From the NCBI GenBank assembly GCA_964016885.1, contig CAXHJY010000377.1, forward strand, positions 1-64,000: a DNA stretch of 64,000 nucleotides. Reading direction: 5' to 3'. Origin of the DNA: Eledone cirrhosa (taxonomy: Eukaryota). The notes under the pieces were generated by a model. That model saw only the letters and a program-made list of their open reading frames with translations, was not told where the DNA came from and ran no database searches. The position numbers were made by a program, and so were the translations under genes. This document shows positions 39,000 to 52,296 of this stretch, in pieces; the first letter of the stretch is position 1, and every line of letters starts with the position of its first letter.

Positions 39000-39895
39000 G
39001 AAGAGAAATTGTCATCCCTTGAATCGCAAGAATGTTTTGCAAATTTTGAAGGTGCCAGCTATCGCAGCCATTTGTAGACCATGAATTAGGGAGCTGCGTC
39101 CTTTGTCCGCAAATCCAAGTACGGCCATACTTTGGTTCAAGCGGGTTGGTATATAACCCGTAGCTCCAATAATGATGGGTATGAAGTTAAAGGTGTATCT
39201 TGGATACTGTATTTGTAAACTCCTCATCAATGGTCCTTCTCCTGTATTTTTCTGACGTTTACATCAAGTGGTCATCTGATCTCTATAACAGAACACGTTT
39301 TCAATGTGTGGCCCCAAACAACAGTATCAGGCCGGTTGTGCTTTAATTTGGTGGCAGTTTTTATTTTCAGGTTCCACCAGTATTACTTAGTGCCATCTGT
39401 CTCAATATATTCTTCCTTGTTTGTTGTTAATTTTGTTTTCCGAAGTGCATTCCAGATGGTTCTAGCTATCCCATCGTGTCTCATGGGGAGGTAGTAGCAA
39501 GATGACATTCTTTCGCAGCTGGCAACAATGTGGCTTACATCCTCGATCTTTGTTTTACATAGCCTACATTTATTGTCAGGTGATGGCCCTCCCCTTTTGT
39601 GCAGCAGATATTTGGTAGGGAGTTCTTGTTCCTGTATTGATAGACATATCCCTCAAGGTGTGGTATCATAAACTTGTCGGAACTCCATGCCAGGCTTTTT
39701 GAGTGGTTTATCCCCTCTATGGTCTGTGTTTTGCGTCTCAAGTATCCATGCACAACTTTTTCTGTAAATTGGTCAATTTTTTCATCTTATTTGAACATTG
39801 AATAGGATCTTCCGATTTCTCTGAGTGAGAGATTTATATCAGGCTTTATTCCATATCTCTCCTCCAGATGAGTGGCTATTCTAATGATATTTTCT
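39000..39895 (-). mobile_element. R4/Dong-like (RLE) LINE 3' fragment, frameshifted
   Basis: MHGYLRR..EGY, CRLC..EDVSHIVASC..YLPMRHDGIA, WWNLKIKT..KHNRPD, PIIIGATG..LQ.AAI.GT.KI..FL. Confidence 0.8.
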
Positions 39896-40051
39896 TTTTG
39901 TATGTATGTATGTATGTATGTATGTATGTATGTATGTATGTATGTATGTATGTATGTATGTATGTATGCATGTATGTATGTAGGAGTGTATGTTTGTATG
40001 AGTGAATGTATGTATGTACGTTTGTATGTATGCATGCATGTATGTGTATAT

Positions 40052-40662
40052 GTCAGGTCACCAGTTGGTGGTACTGGTAACATGTATCCCAGTACAACCT
40101 GTCTCATGGTCGGGTCGTTGGCGACTAAACTGGCAACCCCACCAAGGTTTCTTGGTGAGGAGGGTGACTTTGGTCATCCTGCAGGACTAAAAAAAAAACC
40201 TGTCAAAAGGGCAAAGGAGCTCTTAAGAGTCAATGGCGATCAAAAATCACCGGGAGAGATGACCCCTTAGCCTTTGTCAAGGCAGAATTCTAGGAGAAGG
40301 AAAACTCTGATATAACACCTGCAACCCTGATGGTATCCAACGATGTTGACTTGTTCTTCTTTTTGGTAAATATCATCTTGGTTAAGAGAGTGGGACTGGT
40401 TTTGTGCAGTGCCTTTGCTCACTATAAAAGCTTCACGGCACAGGTATTGCTTTATATCTGGAGATCTCTCTGCACTTGTCCTCACATGGTACCATGGGCC
40501 CAGCACTATGTGTCAATCATTGTCACAGGTGTAGTGTTTGTACCAGAGTTTTCAAGTCGCTGGCTGGACTAAAAAGTCACACTTGTTCAGTGCATCGGTA
40601 GGGGTTCTCCTACATGGATATAAAGTAGTGGCCGTACTCGAAAACGAGTTGGCAGCCACCAT
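40052..40662 (+). mobile_element. Non-autonomous RTE derivative related to the 34.5-38.9 kb LINE
   Basis: 40260-40420 aligns to the LINE 5' UTR (34560-34730). 40550-40600 (tcgctggctggactaaaaagtcac) aligns to the last zinc finger (SLAGLKSH). gtggccgtactcgaaaacgag..gcagcca aligns to the LINE tail. Confidence 0.8.
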
Positions 40663-41499
40663 GTGTATATGTATGTATGCATGTATGTGTGTATGTATGT
40701 ATGTATGTATGTGTACGTATGTATGTATTTATGTATGTATAAGTGAATGTATGGATGTATGTATGTTTGTGTGAGTGAATGTATATATACATGTATGGAT
40801 GGATGCATGTATAAATGTAAATATGTATATTTGTATGAGTAACTGTATTTATGTCTGTATGTATGCATGTATGTATGTATGCATGTACATATGTATGAAT
40901 GCAAGAACTTATATATGTGTGTGTATTTCTCGGTGTGTTTGTGTGCGTATCATTCTGAATTGTGTTGCCTATATATCACTGAATACGACAGAGAATGATT
41001 AAATTGAAATTCTGTTACGCAAGACTAGAACATATCGAGGAAGATTTAATGCTTGCCTATTCTCAACATCAAACATCTAATTCATTATTTACCATTAGAC
41101 ATATAACATGGTTTCTTCTACAATGTTAGAGCTAGCATAATGTGAACAATTGATAATGATCGCATATGTTCCGCATGTTATTCGTTATGGCATTTCCACT
41201 CCTAATAGTAAGGAAATATTCATGGTGGTAAAATACACAACTAAAGTGTCAAATCATTTCGAAATCACGAAAACATGCTCGTATGAGTAATACTATTTCC
41301 AAACTCCTGACATATCTAGTGCTCTATATTGATTGAATATCGATACCGTTATAACACAAACCAGTAAATAAAAATCTATTAGATATTTACTATTTCGAAT
41401 TATTTAGAATGCTGTAAAATATCTATGTCTCTCTCTGTATATATATTTATGTGAAACTGAGTTATAATATTAATAATTATTTCTTCAAACTATTTTTAA

Positions 41500-41693
41500 T
41501 AATAATAATAATCGTTTCTACTTTTGGCACAAGGCCAGCAATTATCCCAGTACATTACTGGTACTTTATTTTATCGACCTGGAAAGGATGAAAGGTAAAG
41601 TTTACCTCGGTGGGATTTGAACTCTGATCGTAAAGGGCCGTAACTCTATGCTGCTACGTATGGCGTCCGACCCTCTACCGATACTGCCAATCC
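41500..41693 (-). mobile_element. tRNA-derived SINE (family A), followed by a partial long variant to about 41790
   Basis: Consensus match. Confidence 0.88.
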
Positions 41694-42860
41694 ATAGTCT
41701 GCGATTAAGACACAAGGCCAGCAATTTTTATGTGAAAGGGAAAGTCGATTAAATCGACCCCAGTGCTTTATTTTATCAACGCCGTAAGGCAAGCAGATAT
41801 GATGGTTAGTTGCGGTATGAGCAGACAGTTGCCGGACGAATAAGCAACCTCGTACGATAAGCGATAAACTACTATGGGAGATGGACAAATGTGTGACACC
41901 AATATCTCCCTAGAAAACTCTCACAAACCACGTAGCTATAACGAGGAGAGTAAAAAGCTCCTCTAAAAAAGTCAAGTCTTGCTGAGTTTGACAAAGTACA
42001 TGAATGGTGACTGGTGCGTAAGAGTGGGTGAGAAAGAGTGTAGATTGATAGATATATTAAATGATTTTTTGACACATTTTGCGACTACTTTGAGACACGT
42101 TCCAAATTGTATGATCTGCATCGTAGACATCTGTAACAACAATAACTCAGATATTTTACCTTTTATAAATCTGATCCCATTAAATGTGAATACAAATGTT
42201 CATTTCACACGTAAGAAAATATCAGACCTTGTAGAGGGTTCTGTAAATATTTTTATATTGGCTGTGTGCTAAAATGTCATGCAAAAATCTACGACAATAG
42301 TATATAATATTATGTACTAGGTATTACTATTAAAAATATTTTACATTATATATATTTCGAGACTAGTATCAGTGAAACAATACTAAGACCGGTTAATCTG
42401 ACTGAAACCAAGCTATACATGTAAGTTTTCTTGTTATTCCCAGAACAACGTCTTATTTATATATTTAGACGTTAAATTGTATACATGTAAATATTTAATG
42501 ACGTCAAAATGACAATACCCTAAAACATTCATATTTAAAATGTCCTAGACCAATTTAGAAATGTCGTACAGGAACATACGCAATGTTATTATCAGTAAAA
42601 GTCAAACATATATTTAAACAAGTCCACATGATATAGGAATCGATATAAGTTGGAAAATGAGCTCAAGCTGAATATAAGCTAATCAGCAAATCTTTGATTT
42701 AGCAGTCGTGAAGTATTAATACAATAACAAGATAAACATTCAATCATTTTGCAGCTTCAGTCAGGATGAAAATACATCACTTCTATTTTAATATAAAATA
42801 AACATATGCCGTGTAAATCCGTGTCATATGAGTTGTCTGATCATTATTTCAGTACGTTTG

Positions 42861-43230
42861 GGGTGAATTACTAGTATCGGTAGAGGGTTTGACGCCATGC
42901 TTTCTAGCATAGTTACGTCCCTTTACGGTCTATATTCAAATCCCGTCGAGGTTAACTTCGCCGTTCATTCTTACGGGGTCGATAAAATAAAGTACCAGTA
43001 ATGCACTGGTTTAACTGCTGACCTTGCGCCAAAAGGAGAAACAATTATTTCAAAATATTTAGGGGGGTGGATTTGCAATATTGGTAGAGCGTCGGACAAT
43101 CTGTTTTGCGGCATAGAGTTAAAGCCCTTACGTTCTGAGTTCAAATCCCGCCGAGGTTAGCATGGTTTCATTTTTACGGGTACGATAATTAAAGCACCAT
43201 TAGTACAGGGATCAATTTAATCGACTTACC
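42861..43230 (+). mobile_element. Two tandem SINE-A copies (42861-43050; 43062-43230)
   Basis: Two heads (ggggtgaatt.., ggggtggatt..) each with a B-box. Confidence 0.82.
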
Positions 43231-43275
43231 CCCCCCCCCCCCCCCCCCCACCCCATACATACATATATATATATA

Positions 43276-43533
43276 AAAGAAGAAATTAAAAGATGGTTAA
43301 AAAAGTTCCATATATTTATTATGCGCATTTCGAAAACAACATCATCCTGGGACAAAAATTGTGTTCTCATCAGATAAGATAAGGTAACATGATATGAGGC
43401 CTAAAAACACTTGTCAACAAGAAAGTGGCAAGTCTACATATAGACTATTTGTTTGTCCCAGGATGATGTTGTATCCGAAATGCGCATAATAAAATATATG
43501 GAACTTTTTTAACCATCTTTTAATTTCTTCTTT
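43276..43533. repeat. Inverted repeat (arms about 80 bp), PLE pLTR-like
   Basis: aaagaagaaattaaaagatggttaaaaaagttcc..gggacaaa pairs with tttgtccc..ggaacttttttaaccatcttttaatttcttcttt. Confidence 0.9.
43316..43377 (-). ncRNA. Minimal hammerhead ribozyme (canonical core)
   Basis: uuau-CUGAUGA-gaacacaa..uuguuuuc-GAAA-ugcgca-UA-auaa; palindromic augcgcau stem III and AUA triplet. Confidence 0.75.
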
Positions 43534-43618
43534 AATATATACTCCAGTTCTACCAACCGTTGCGTGCTACTTATCTGATATATGCATAGTTTTATTGTTC
43601 TACAATATTACTCACTTT

Positions 43619-44292
<674 letters not shown>

Positions 44293-44514
44293 AACGATCG
44301 TTTCATTATAAGTTTTCTACAAGTTGGGAAAATAATGTCCAGGTTATGTAGAAGCCTACACGTAGTCTATAGGAATATATGCAGGTGGGCACTTATAAAT
44401 CATCAGTGGATGCCCAACAACATCGATATAAAAAAAAATCTACCCTTATTAACATTCAGCGATGGTACCCATCAGTGTTAGAGTGACCGCCAAATTTGAA
44501 ATTCCAGCAGTCTC

Positions 44515-44655
<141 letters not shown>

Positions 44656-44794
44656 TTGTATATATATATAAATGAAAAGTAAATGAAAAGTATAGAAATT
44701 GTTGTAGCGAGAAGCTAACAGAATTCCATAAGATATATGTGACTATAGCGTCAAAATGGGAAAATAGTTAACATAAGATCTGGGAAAAATAATA

Positions 44795-44879
<85 letters not shown>

Positions 44880-44956
44880 CCAGACAGCTTCCAAAAATAA
44901 TGGTCGCATATAATAGGGTACGTCAAAATTATTTATAAAACTGTTTATATATTGTA

Positions 44957-45017
44957 TTTTGTCTGATGAAGGCATACCATATTTTAATTTGGTATCCCTG
45001 AAATATGTATAATGAAA
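44957..45017 (+). ncRNA. Minimal hammerhead ribozyme (canonical core)
   Basis: uuuugu-CUGAUGA-agg-c-auacca..ugguau-c-ccu-GAAA-uaugua-UA-augaaa; stem I includes G-U wobbles and stem II is well paired. Confidence 0.7.
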
Positions 45018-45042
45018 TAAATATGGTTCTTATAAATATAGT

Positions 45043-45136
45043 TGTGGTAAGGAATAAGACGGACCATAACGCACCAGAGTACTCAATACACAGGCTAGTA
45101 GAGTGGGTAATAGGAAAAAGTATGACTCCCGACGGC
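45043..45136 (-). mobile_element. Solo terminal fragment of the 16.6-kb PLE family
   Basis: tgtggtaaggaa..ggaccataa.gcacca.agtactcaatac..tagtagagtgggtaatagga..cccgacggc matches 16575-16667. Confidence 0.85.
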
Positions 45137-45543
45137 ATATATATATGTATATTAATTAAAGATTAGTTAGTCGCTAATACTTAAAAATATCAATGGGTCG
45201 TTGAAATATATGAATAAAATATCACTCGGAGAAGCAATATTACATATTACATTTAAGTGAGAAAAACTCTGTTTATGGAAGTACAAGCCAGACAGCCAAA
45301 ATGAAAAATGTATTTAGCTATTCACGGTTATATAAATATCTCTCTACCATGGTTCCATTTGAGGAGTTTTTTATGATTGGAATTACCAATAATTGAAGAA
45401 TCCACAATATTCTTCAGGGCAGTTGTAATTCCTACAAAAAATAAGGGGATAGTGAGCATGAAATTATGCATACAGAACTATTCGATGATCAAAGTATCCC
45501 TGGATGTATTATTACTATGCGGCAGACATATATATATGTATAA

Positions 45544-45635
<92 letters not shown>

Positions 45636-45678
45636 AAAGAAACCAAAGAACACTTGCATACTCAAACAGTTTTTATTT

Positions 45679-45723
45679 GCTTAAAATCTTTCATCCATAC
45701 CGTTGGGTAGGATTCATCAGAGC
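45679..45723 (-). ncRNA. Minimal hammerhead ribozyme (canonical core)
   Basis: gcu-CUGAUGA-aucc-uacc-caac-ggua-u-ggau-GAAA-gauuu-UA-agc, about 45 nt from a (TA)n tract. Confidence 0.65.
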
Positions 45724-46039
45724 TTAATAAACACAGTGCTGAGTATAAGCACTACCAAGCTTAGTCACACGAACAATCGGAACACAATAGAGGGTAAAGA
45801 TAGGGAGATCGGAGATGGCCAATAAGGAGAGAGTACATGCTGGGGTTGTTAAGCACAACAGCTAAATGCTAGGGCACAAGCAGATCTCACAAGATGCAGA
45901 TACAATTGATGGCACACAAAAGCAAAACATACAAACAATGGTTAAAACATAATAAAAAAGTAAAAGGAAGATAATATAAAGAGATAAACAGTAAATAAAA
46001 AGGTGAACAATTTAAAAAAAAATTTTAAAAGGAAAGAAG

Positions 46040-46272
46040 TGAAAAAAGAAAGAAGAAAAAAAAGAAAAAAGAAAAAAGAAAAAAGAAAAAAAGAAAAAAG
46101 AAAAAAGAAAAAAGAAAAAAGAAAAAAGAAAAAAGAAAAAAAGAAAAAAGAAAAAAGAAAAAAGAAAAAAGAAAAAAAAAGAAAAAAGAAAAAAGAAAAA
46201 AGAAAAAAGAAAAAAGAAAAAAGAAAAAAGAAAAAAGAAAAAAAAAAAAGAAAAAAGAAAAAAAAAAAGAAG
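46040..46272 (+). repeat. Polypurine (GAAAAA/GAAAAAA)n tract
   Basis: Direct reading. Confidence 0.95.
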
Positions 46273-47429
46273 TTTTAAGCACATAAAAAAGCCAGAGGAT
46301 TTAAGCACTGGTCCCTATAAAACATGCTTGTGGAACACCCATGGGCTACGTAATTCAAGTACCTACCCTTATACCTTGTATATGTATACCATGGCGAGGA
46401 TTTTAGTTACTGTGGTCTTTCTTAAGAACATATTAGTGCTTATATAACTATAAGTTACGGAGATCCTATTCACTTGTTTTATCCTATTCACTTGAACATA
46501 GATACAGTCTGGCCGACAGGGTTCCAAACAGTTTTCCGTTTCATTCGCAAGCCATGTCCAGATGCCATGCTGTGATAAATCCGAGACGTAATGTTTGCGA
46601 ACTGTTATTCTTAAACATCTGGACATGCTTCATCCACTTATAGAACTAGTAATCTAAACTATAATAAAGTAAGGAGTGCGGGACTGTGTCCAGATTATGT
46701 TTTTTTATCCCGTTTGTAAAATAAATTGGATTACTTTGAATAATTAATGAATGAATATTACATAATTTATCTACTAATTATTTTTTATTGTTGATTAAAT
46801 ATAAACAATTTTGTTGCTTATTTTAAGATTCACTTCTTTAAATTTTTCAAATGTCAACACTTCAGGTTAGTGATCGCTTAAATAAACATTCATATATTTC
46901 CGTCACTAATATTCTGTTAATGCAGTATATATATATCATTGTTTTAACGTATCATTGATTACGTTAATGATTACATAAGACAGTGTAACACAATCTCCGT
47001 TTAATTTCTGTGTATTTTGTCAATTAGGATTTTATTTGGTGTATCATATCTACATGCATATATACTTGCGTATAATATCAATATACACACTACACATACT
47101 AGTAGAAAACCACCCGAGGGGTGGTTTTTCTGTTGGTTCCTATAATAGTCGAGTGATGTCTATGTGATTGAAATTCAAGTTATCATTACGATACAGATAT
47201 GATATATAACAATCACAATGTATATGAAATGTTGGAATTTTGTGGTCAGATCTTCAGAAATTGGTGATTGTATTTATGTAGAAATGTAACATTAAGATAA
47301 TTATCATAAATTATAATTACATAGTTGCTGAGGATAATTATATAAAGAACTCCGAAAATATAGTGCGTGACATAGGCATTTTTATTTTAGATTTAAATGT
47401 ATTTGTAGTAACGTTAATCGATAGATTGC

Positions 47430-47612
47430 GTAGCTCGGAGAACAGAGAGTCACTCCTTATAAAGCCGTTAATTCTCCGAATTGAGAGATCACGGCTCCGA
47501 TACTACGGGTATGTGGTTAAAATGTCTCCGGAAAGATTCACTGAAAAGATTTTACGAGTAAAAGCAACCGGAAGAAAACGTGTTTGAGGACACGCAAGAA
47601 GAAGAAGAAGAA
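47430..47612 (+). mobile_element. RTE-type LINE 3' fragment
   Basis: LRIERSRLRYYGYVVKM..ER..KIL..GRK followed by a (gaa)n tail. Confidence 0.65.
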
Positions 47613-48068
47613 TGACACTGTTTTTGTTCTTTCATTATGTTGAATGCCTAATGATATAATAAACACACGTTATTGTATGATAGTATGAAGGTACAACAAC
47701 TACCAAAATGTATGAAGGGTGGTCGTGTTATTCTCTTTCCAAAGAGCCTAAACTGCTGACGTTTTGACAGTTACATAATTATTTTATAGAGTCAGAAATA
47801 ATATTTATCTTTTCAACACGTAGTTATTTATATAACAAAAAAATTGAAGAGAAATACTGTCACTGATAAATGATAGTATTTATACAAATGCAATAATGTT
47901 GATATCATTTTAAGAGAATAAGAATGTTCGCTAATGGAATCGAAATAAGGTGTTTGTTAAAAAGGATACAAGCACATCAGACACACACACACAAACACAC
48001 ACATATATATATATATATATATATGTGCATTCACATACACAGAGAGACAGACACAGACACAGACACAC

Positions 48069-48144
<76 letters not shown>

Positions 48145-48811
48145 GGAGAGAGAGGGGGGACACAAAGACAGTCCAAGACAGAGAAATGTATTTGGGATGC
48201 TTGATAGTGAAACATCATTGCAATGTTTACGCAAGATATAAACGGGAGAAATGCACTAATTTTGAGAAAGAGTCAAGTTATAATATTGCAGTGTCACATG
48301 TAGAAATAATTGTTTCTACTTTTGGCACAAGGCCAGCAATTATCCCAGTGTCACAGGTAGAAATAATGTCAGATATTAGCTGTCAACGGCTTTCAGGTAA
48401 ATATTTCCTTTAATAGAGTTAAACAACATCAACATCGCTAGTGATAACAATAATTCCATCATCATGCACACTCACAACGACTCCAACTCCAAAATCACCT
48501 CAAATAGAAACATCGTATCCGCCATTGATTTGTATTAAGTATTAGTGTGACAATACTATATCTAGGAGTTTGGATGGACATGTAAATCTATTGTATAGAA
48601 ACATCGATAGGTTTCCATTTTTTTAACTTTCACACTAAAGTATATATTTTCCTCTACGGTTTATTAATTATGAAACCAAACATAACATATTTCGTCTCCA
48701 AAAATTATTTTGTTATCTTCGATATTTTGAATAGTGCGAATTGTATCGTTTGAACACACATAAGTTAACACACATTCACTGACAGACACACACACATATA
48801 CACCCACACAC

Positions 48812-48928
<117 letters not shown>

Positions 48929-49835
48929 CGTACATATGTATATATATATATGTATACAGACGTACGCTAGTATGTATATACATACATGCACACATACATA
49001 CATGTATAGGTTTACCGAACATTTATTATAATGCTCGGTTTGTTTGTAAAGAAACAGCCAGAATTAGTAGCCGTACAGTGTTCGGCAACCATCGTTGCCC
49101 TTTTTGTTCAAAACTGACTAAGGAACGATGAACTAGTTTCTAGCTTGTTAGCTGTCATCAACATCGTATACCTTCCTGTCAGACGATTGAACGTTTGAAA
49201 GTACATACTTTCCTGATGCATATTAACGGCTGAGCAGCCTAATTTGCATATTGAGTGAGTTAGTCGGCCGGGTGTATCGAAAATGATAAACGGAAAGAAA
49301 TGAAACGTTTGGATTGGATGGTTTTGACAGTTTGGCCAATAACTTGATTTACTACTATTTTCCTCTTTCTTCTTCTGAAGGCTGAAATATATTTTTGCTT
49401 ATAGTTTTGTTTGATCATGTGTGACCTTAGGTTAAAATATATATAATGACAGAACATTCTAAAGGAAACTGGATTGTAGTTAGATCTATGCCAATCAAAT
49501 ACGTTTCACATCTCACTCTTCTGGCATTTAGTATCTTAGGATTAGTAAAATACAGCAAGTTTTGAATTACAATATCGCTTCAATAATAGCACAATTTAAT
49601 TAAAAATAAAGAGACTAGTGATATATATTTCATCCCCCATCCCATATATGTTTGTATTTATCGATTCATTAGGCTTGAGATATGGAAGATGCGTCGTTGT
49701 CACAATATGCATTTTGGGGGTATATTAAACCTGGCAGAACTCATACCTCTTCCAGAGAAAAATAGAGATTGTGTGTGATATCGTGGGAATAAGAAAGTGA
49801 TATAGAGTTTGAATTGATATTATTATAAGACTGGA

Positions 49836-50135
49836 GGGTCGGTGGATTGGCAGTATCAGTAGAGGGTCGGACGCCATGCTTTGACACATAGAGTTACGGC
49901 CCTTGCCATTCTGAGTTCAAATCCCGCCGAGGTTAACTTTACCTTTCATCCTTACGGGGTCGATAAAATAAAGTACCAGTAATGTACTGGGTAATTGCTG
50001 GCCTTGTGCCAAAAGTAGAAACAATTATAAGACTGGTTATTTGCCTTTCATCCTTACGGGGTCGATAAAATAAAGTACCAGTAATGCACTGGGATAATTG
50101 CTGGCCTTGTGCTAAAAGTAGAAACAATTATTATA
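49836..50135 (+). mobile_element. Full SINE-A plus tandem 5'-truncated copy, with triplicated target site
   Basis: attataagactgg at 49822, 50024 and 50130. Confidence 0.9.
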
Positions 50136-50773
50136 AGACTGGTACTTTAATTATCAGCTTCTGAAAGAATGGAAGACAAAATTGACCTCTCTTGCGCAGA
50201 GAGACGGGTTGAATAACGGAAGGCATTCTATCAGACATTCTAATGCTTATGCATATCTACTGCTTGCCCACTCGATATATAGCAACGGAATATCTATAGT
50301 TGCCGGGTAATGTTTATGCTCAAAATACATTCAATATCAAATGATTTTTATACTGACACATAACATTCATCCTTCTTCAAATAAGCACTTATTCTAGCGG
50401 ATTATTTTATCAAACACATTAAATTCTCATCTTTTTTGCAGAAGACAGTAATCATTGATGTTCACATTCGATTAGCTACTGGAATCTCTTATAGCAGAGA
50501 TAGCAATGATAATACTACCATGTAAAAGCCATTCTATTTCCAACATAAAATTAATCATTATTTGCGTGTAGAATTGTATGAAATTATCGTAAGAGAGAGA
50601 ACTAACATTCCTAATACTCAAGTAAAACTAAATCAGAAATATAACATACATATAGATTGTATATATTTATATTTTCTATATATATTTTCTATATATTTTT
50701 ATATGTATTTTATAACAATATGCTAAACATATAAGTAAAATACATCACATGAATACCGTAGCTGATTGTAATA

Positions 50774-50917
50774 ATGCTAAATATAATGCTAAATATAAAG
50801 GTAAAATATACAGCATGAGTATGCTAAATATAATGCTAGATATAAAGGTAAAATATACAGCATTAGTATGCTTAATATAATGCTAAATATAAAGGTAAAA
50901 TATACAGCATGAGTATG
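50774..50917. repeat. 47-bp minisatellite x3
   Basis: atgctaaatataatgctaaatataaaggtaaaatatacagcatgagt units at 50774, 50821 and 50868. Confidence 0.9.
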
Positions 50918-51765
50918 GTAACTGATTAGCGGATTGTATCAGCAGATTTTCTTTCTCTGGTCATAATATACACGAAATATGATGAATAATTTAGTTTTTA
51001 TATTGAGTCTATTGTTATAATATTCTATATTTTCGTTTAGTTTCTTTCAAGGAATGCAGATACATTTTCATAGTTATTATTATAGGGATGCCTCAGTCTT
51101 TTTTTTTTTCAATTACAATTCTGAAATCTGATGGAAAATTTCTGCAATAGCCGAGTGTTTCTGTCATTAAAAGAAGAAATATATTCATAATAAATCCATA
51201 ATATATTTTGAAGACAATGAATATACTGTATATATTATATATATTTAAATCATAACAATAATTGAAAAATATCTTCCACCTGTATAAATCTAATTAAATC
51301 CAAATAGTTCAGCGAACAAATAATTAATTTACTGCGTCTTGCCCATAATCAACACATACAGCACGCATAAACAGTCTAATGTTGTGATGAAAATAATTAA
51401 GTTCTACATTTTGCTTTATTGATCGCAAAGATACATATATATTGTTGTAATTACTCGCGGTTTCTACAATGAGTGTTAGAATATTTCTTTCTCATCTGTG
51501 TAACCATCGAAGAAGATAAGAGTAGTAGAGTGTATTGTATGATTTTCTTTAAGTCTGTTATTATTCTCTAAGTCTCTTATCACAGCTCTACCATCTTGAA
51601 CAAAAATATCTTCTCATTTTTCTCAGTCAAATTTCATTCTGGTGAGTTTAACCATTATCAAGCCTATGCCACTAATTTCATGAAATCATAGCTTCACAGT
51701 GGAACTAAGTTATTTTCAAAAATCTTATAGAAAAGAGACATCGTTATCTACATACGTACGTACAA

Positions 51766-51957
51766 GGGTGTGGATTGGCAGTATCGGTAGAGGGTCTGAC
51801 ACCATGCTTTGCAGCAAAGAGTTACGGCCCTTTATTATCTGAGTTCAAACCCCACCGAGGTTAACTTTGCCTTTCATCATTATGGGGTCGATAAAATAAA
51901 GTATCAGTAATACACTGGGACAATTGCTGGCCTTGTTCCAAAAGTAGAAACAATTAT
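51766..51957 (+). mobile_element. tRNA-derived SINE (family A) with TSD-like flank
   Basis: ttatctacatacgt at about 51744 and about 51954. Confidence 0.88.
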
Positions 51958-51960
51958 CTA

Positions 51961-52296
51961 CATACGTCTTTCTTTTTTTACTCGTAACGCCTGGTTGCGT
52001 CGTAGGGTCACCGACATACGTCTTTCTTTCTTTACTCGTAACTCCTAATTGTGTTGTAGGGTCGCCGACATACGCCTTTCTTTCTTTACTCGTAACTCCT
52101 TGTTGTGTTGTAGGGTCACCGACATACGTCTTTCTTTCTTTACTCGTAACTCCTGATTGGGTTGTAGGGTCGCCGACATACGCCTTTCTTTCTTTACTCG
52201 TAACTCCTTGTTGTGTTGTAGGGTCACCGACATACGTCTTTCTATCTTTACTCGTAACCCCTGATGGAGTCGTAGGGTCATCGACATACGTCTTTC
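51961..52296. repeat. 54-bp minisatellite, about 6.2 units, with 108-bp higher-order pattern
   Basis: catacg starts at 51961, 52015, 52069, 52123, 52177, 52231 and 52285; cacc/cgcc variants alternate. Confidence 0.95.

Noticed and set aside
40052-40250. HDV-like ribozyme at the RTE-derivative 5' end (known for some RTEs)
   Set aside because: I could not establish the P1/P1.1/P2 nested pseudoknot by eye.
47103-47131. Rho-independent terminator
   Set aside because: Eukaryotic context with no upstream gene; the Helitron-end reading is more plausible.
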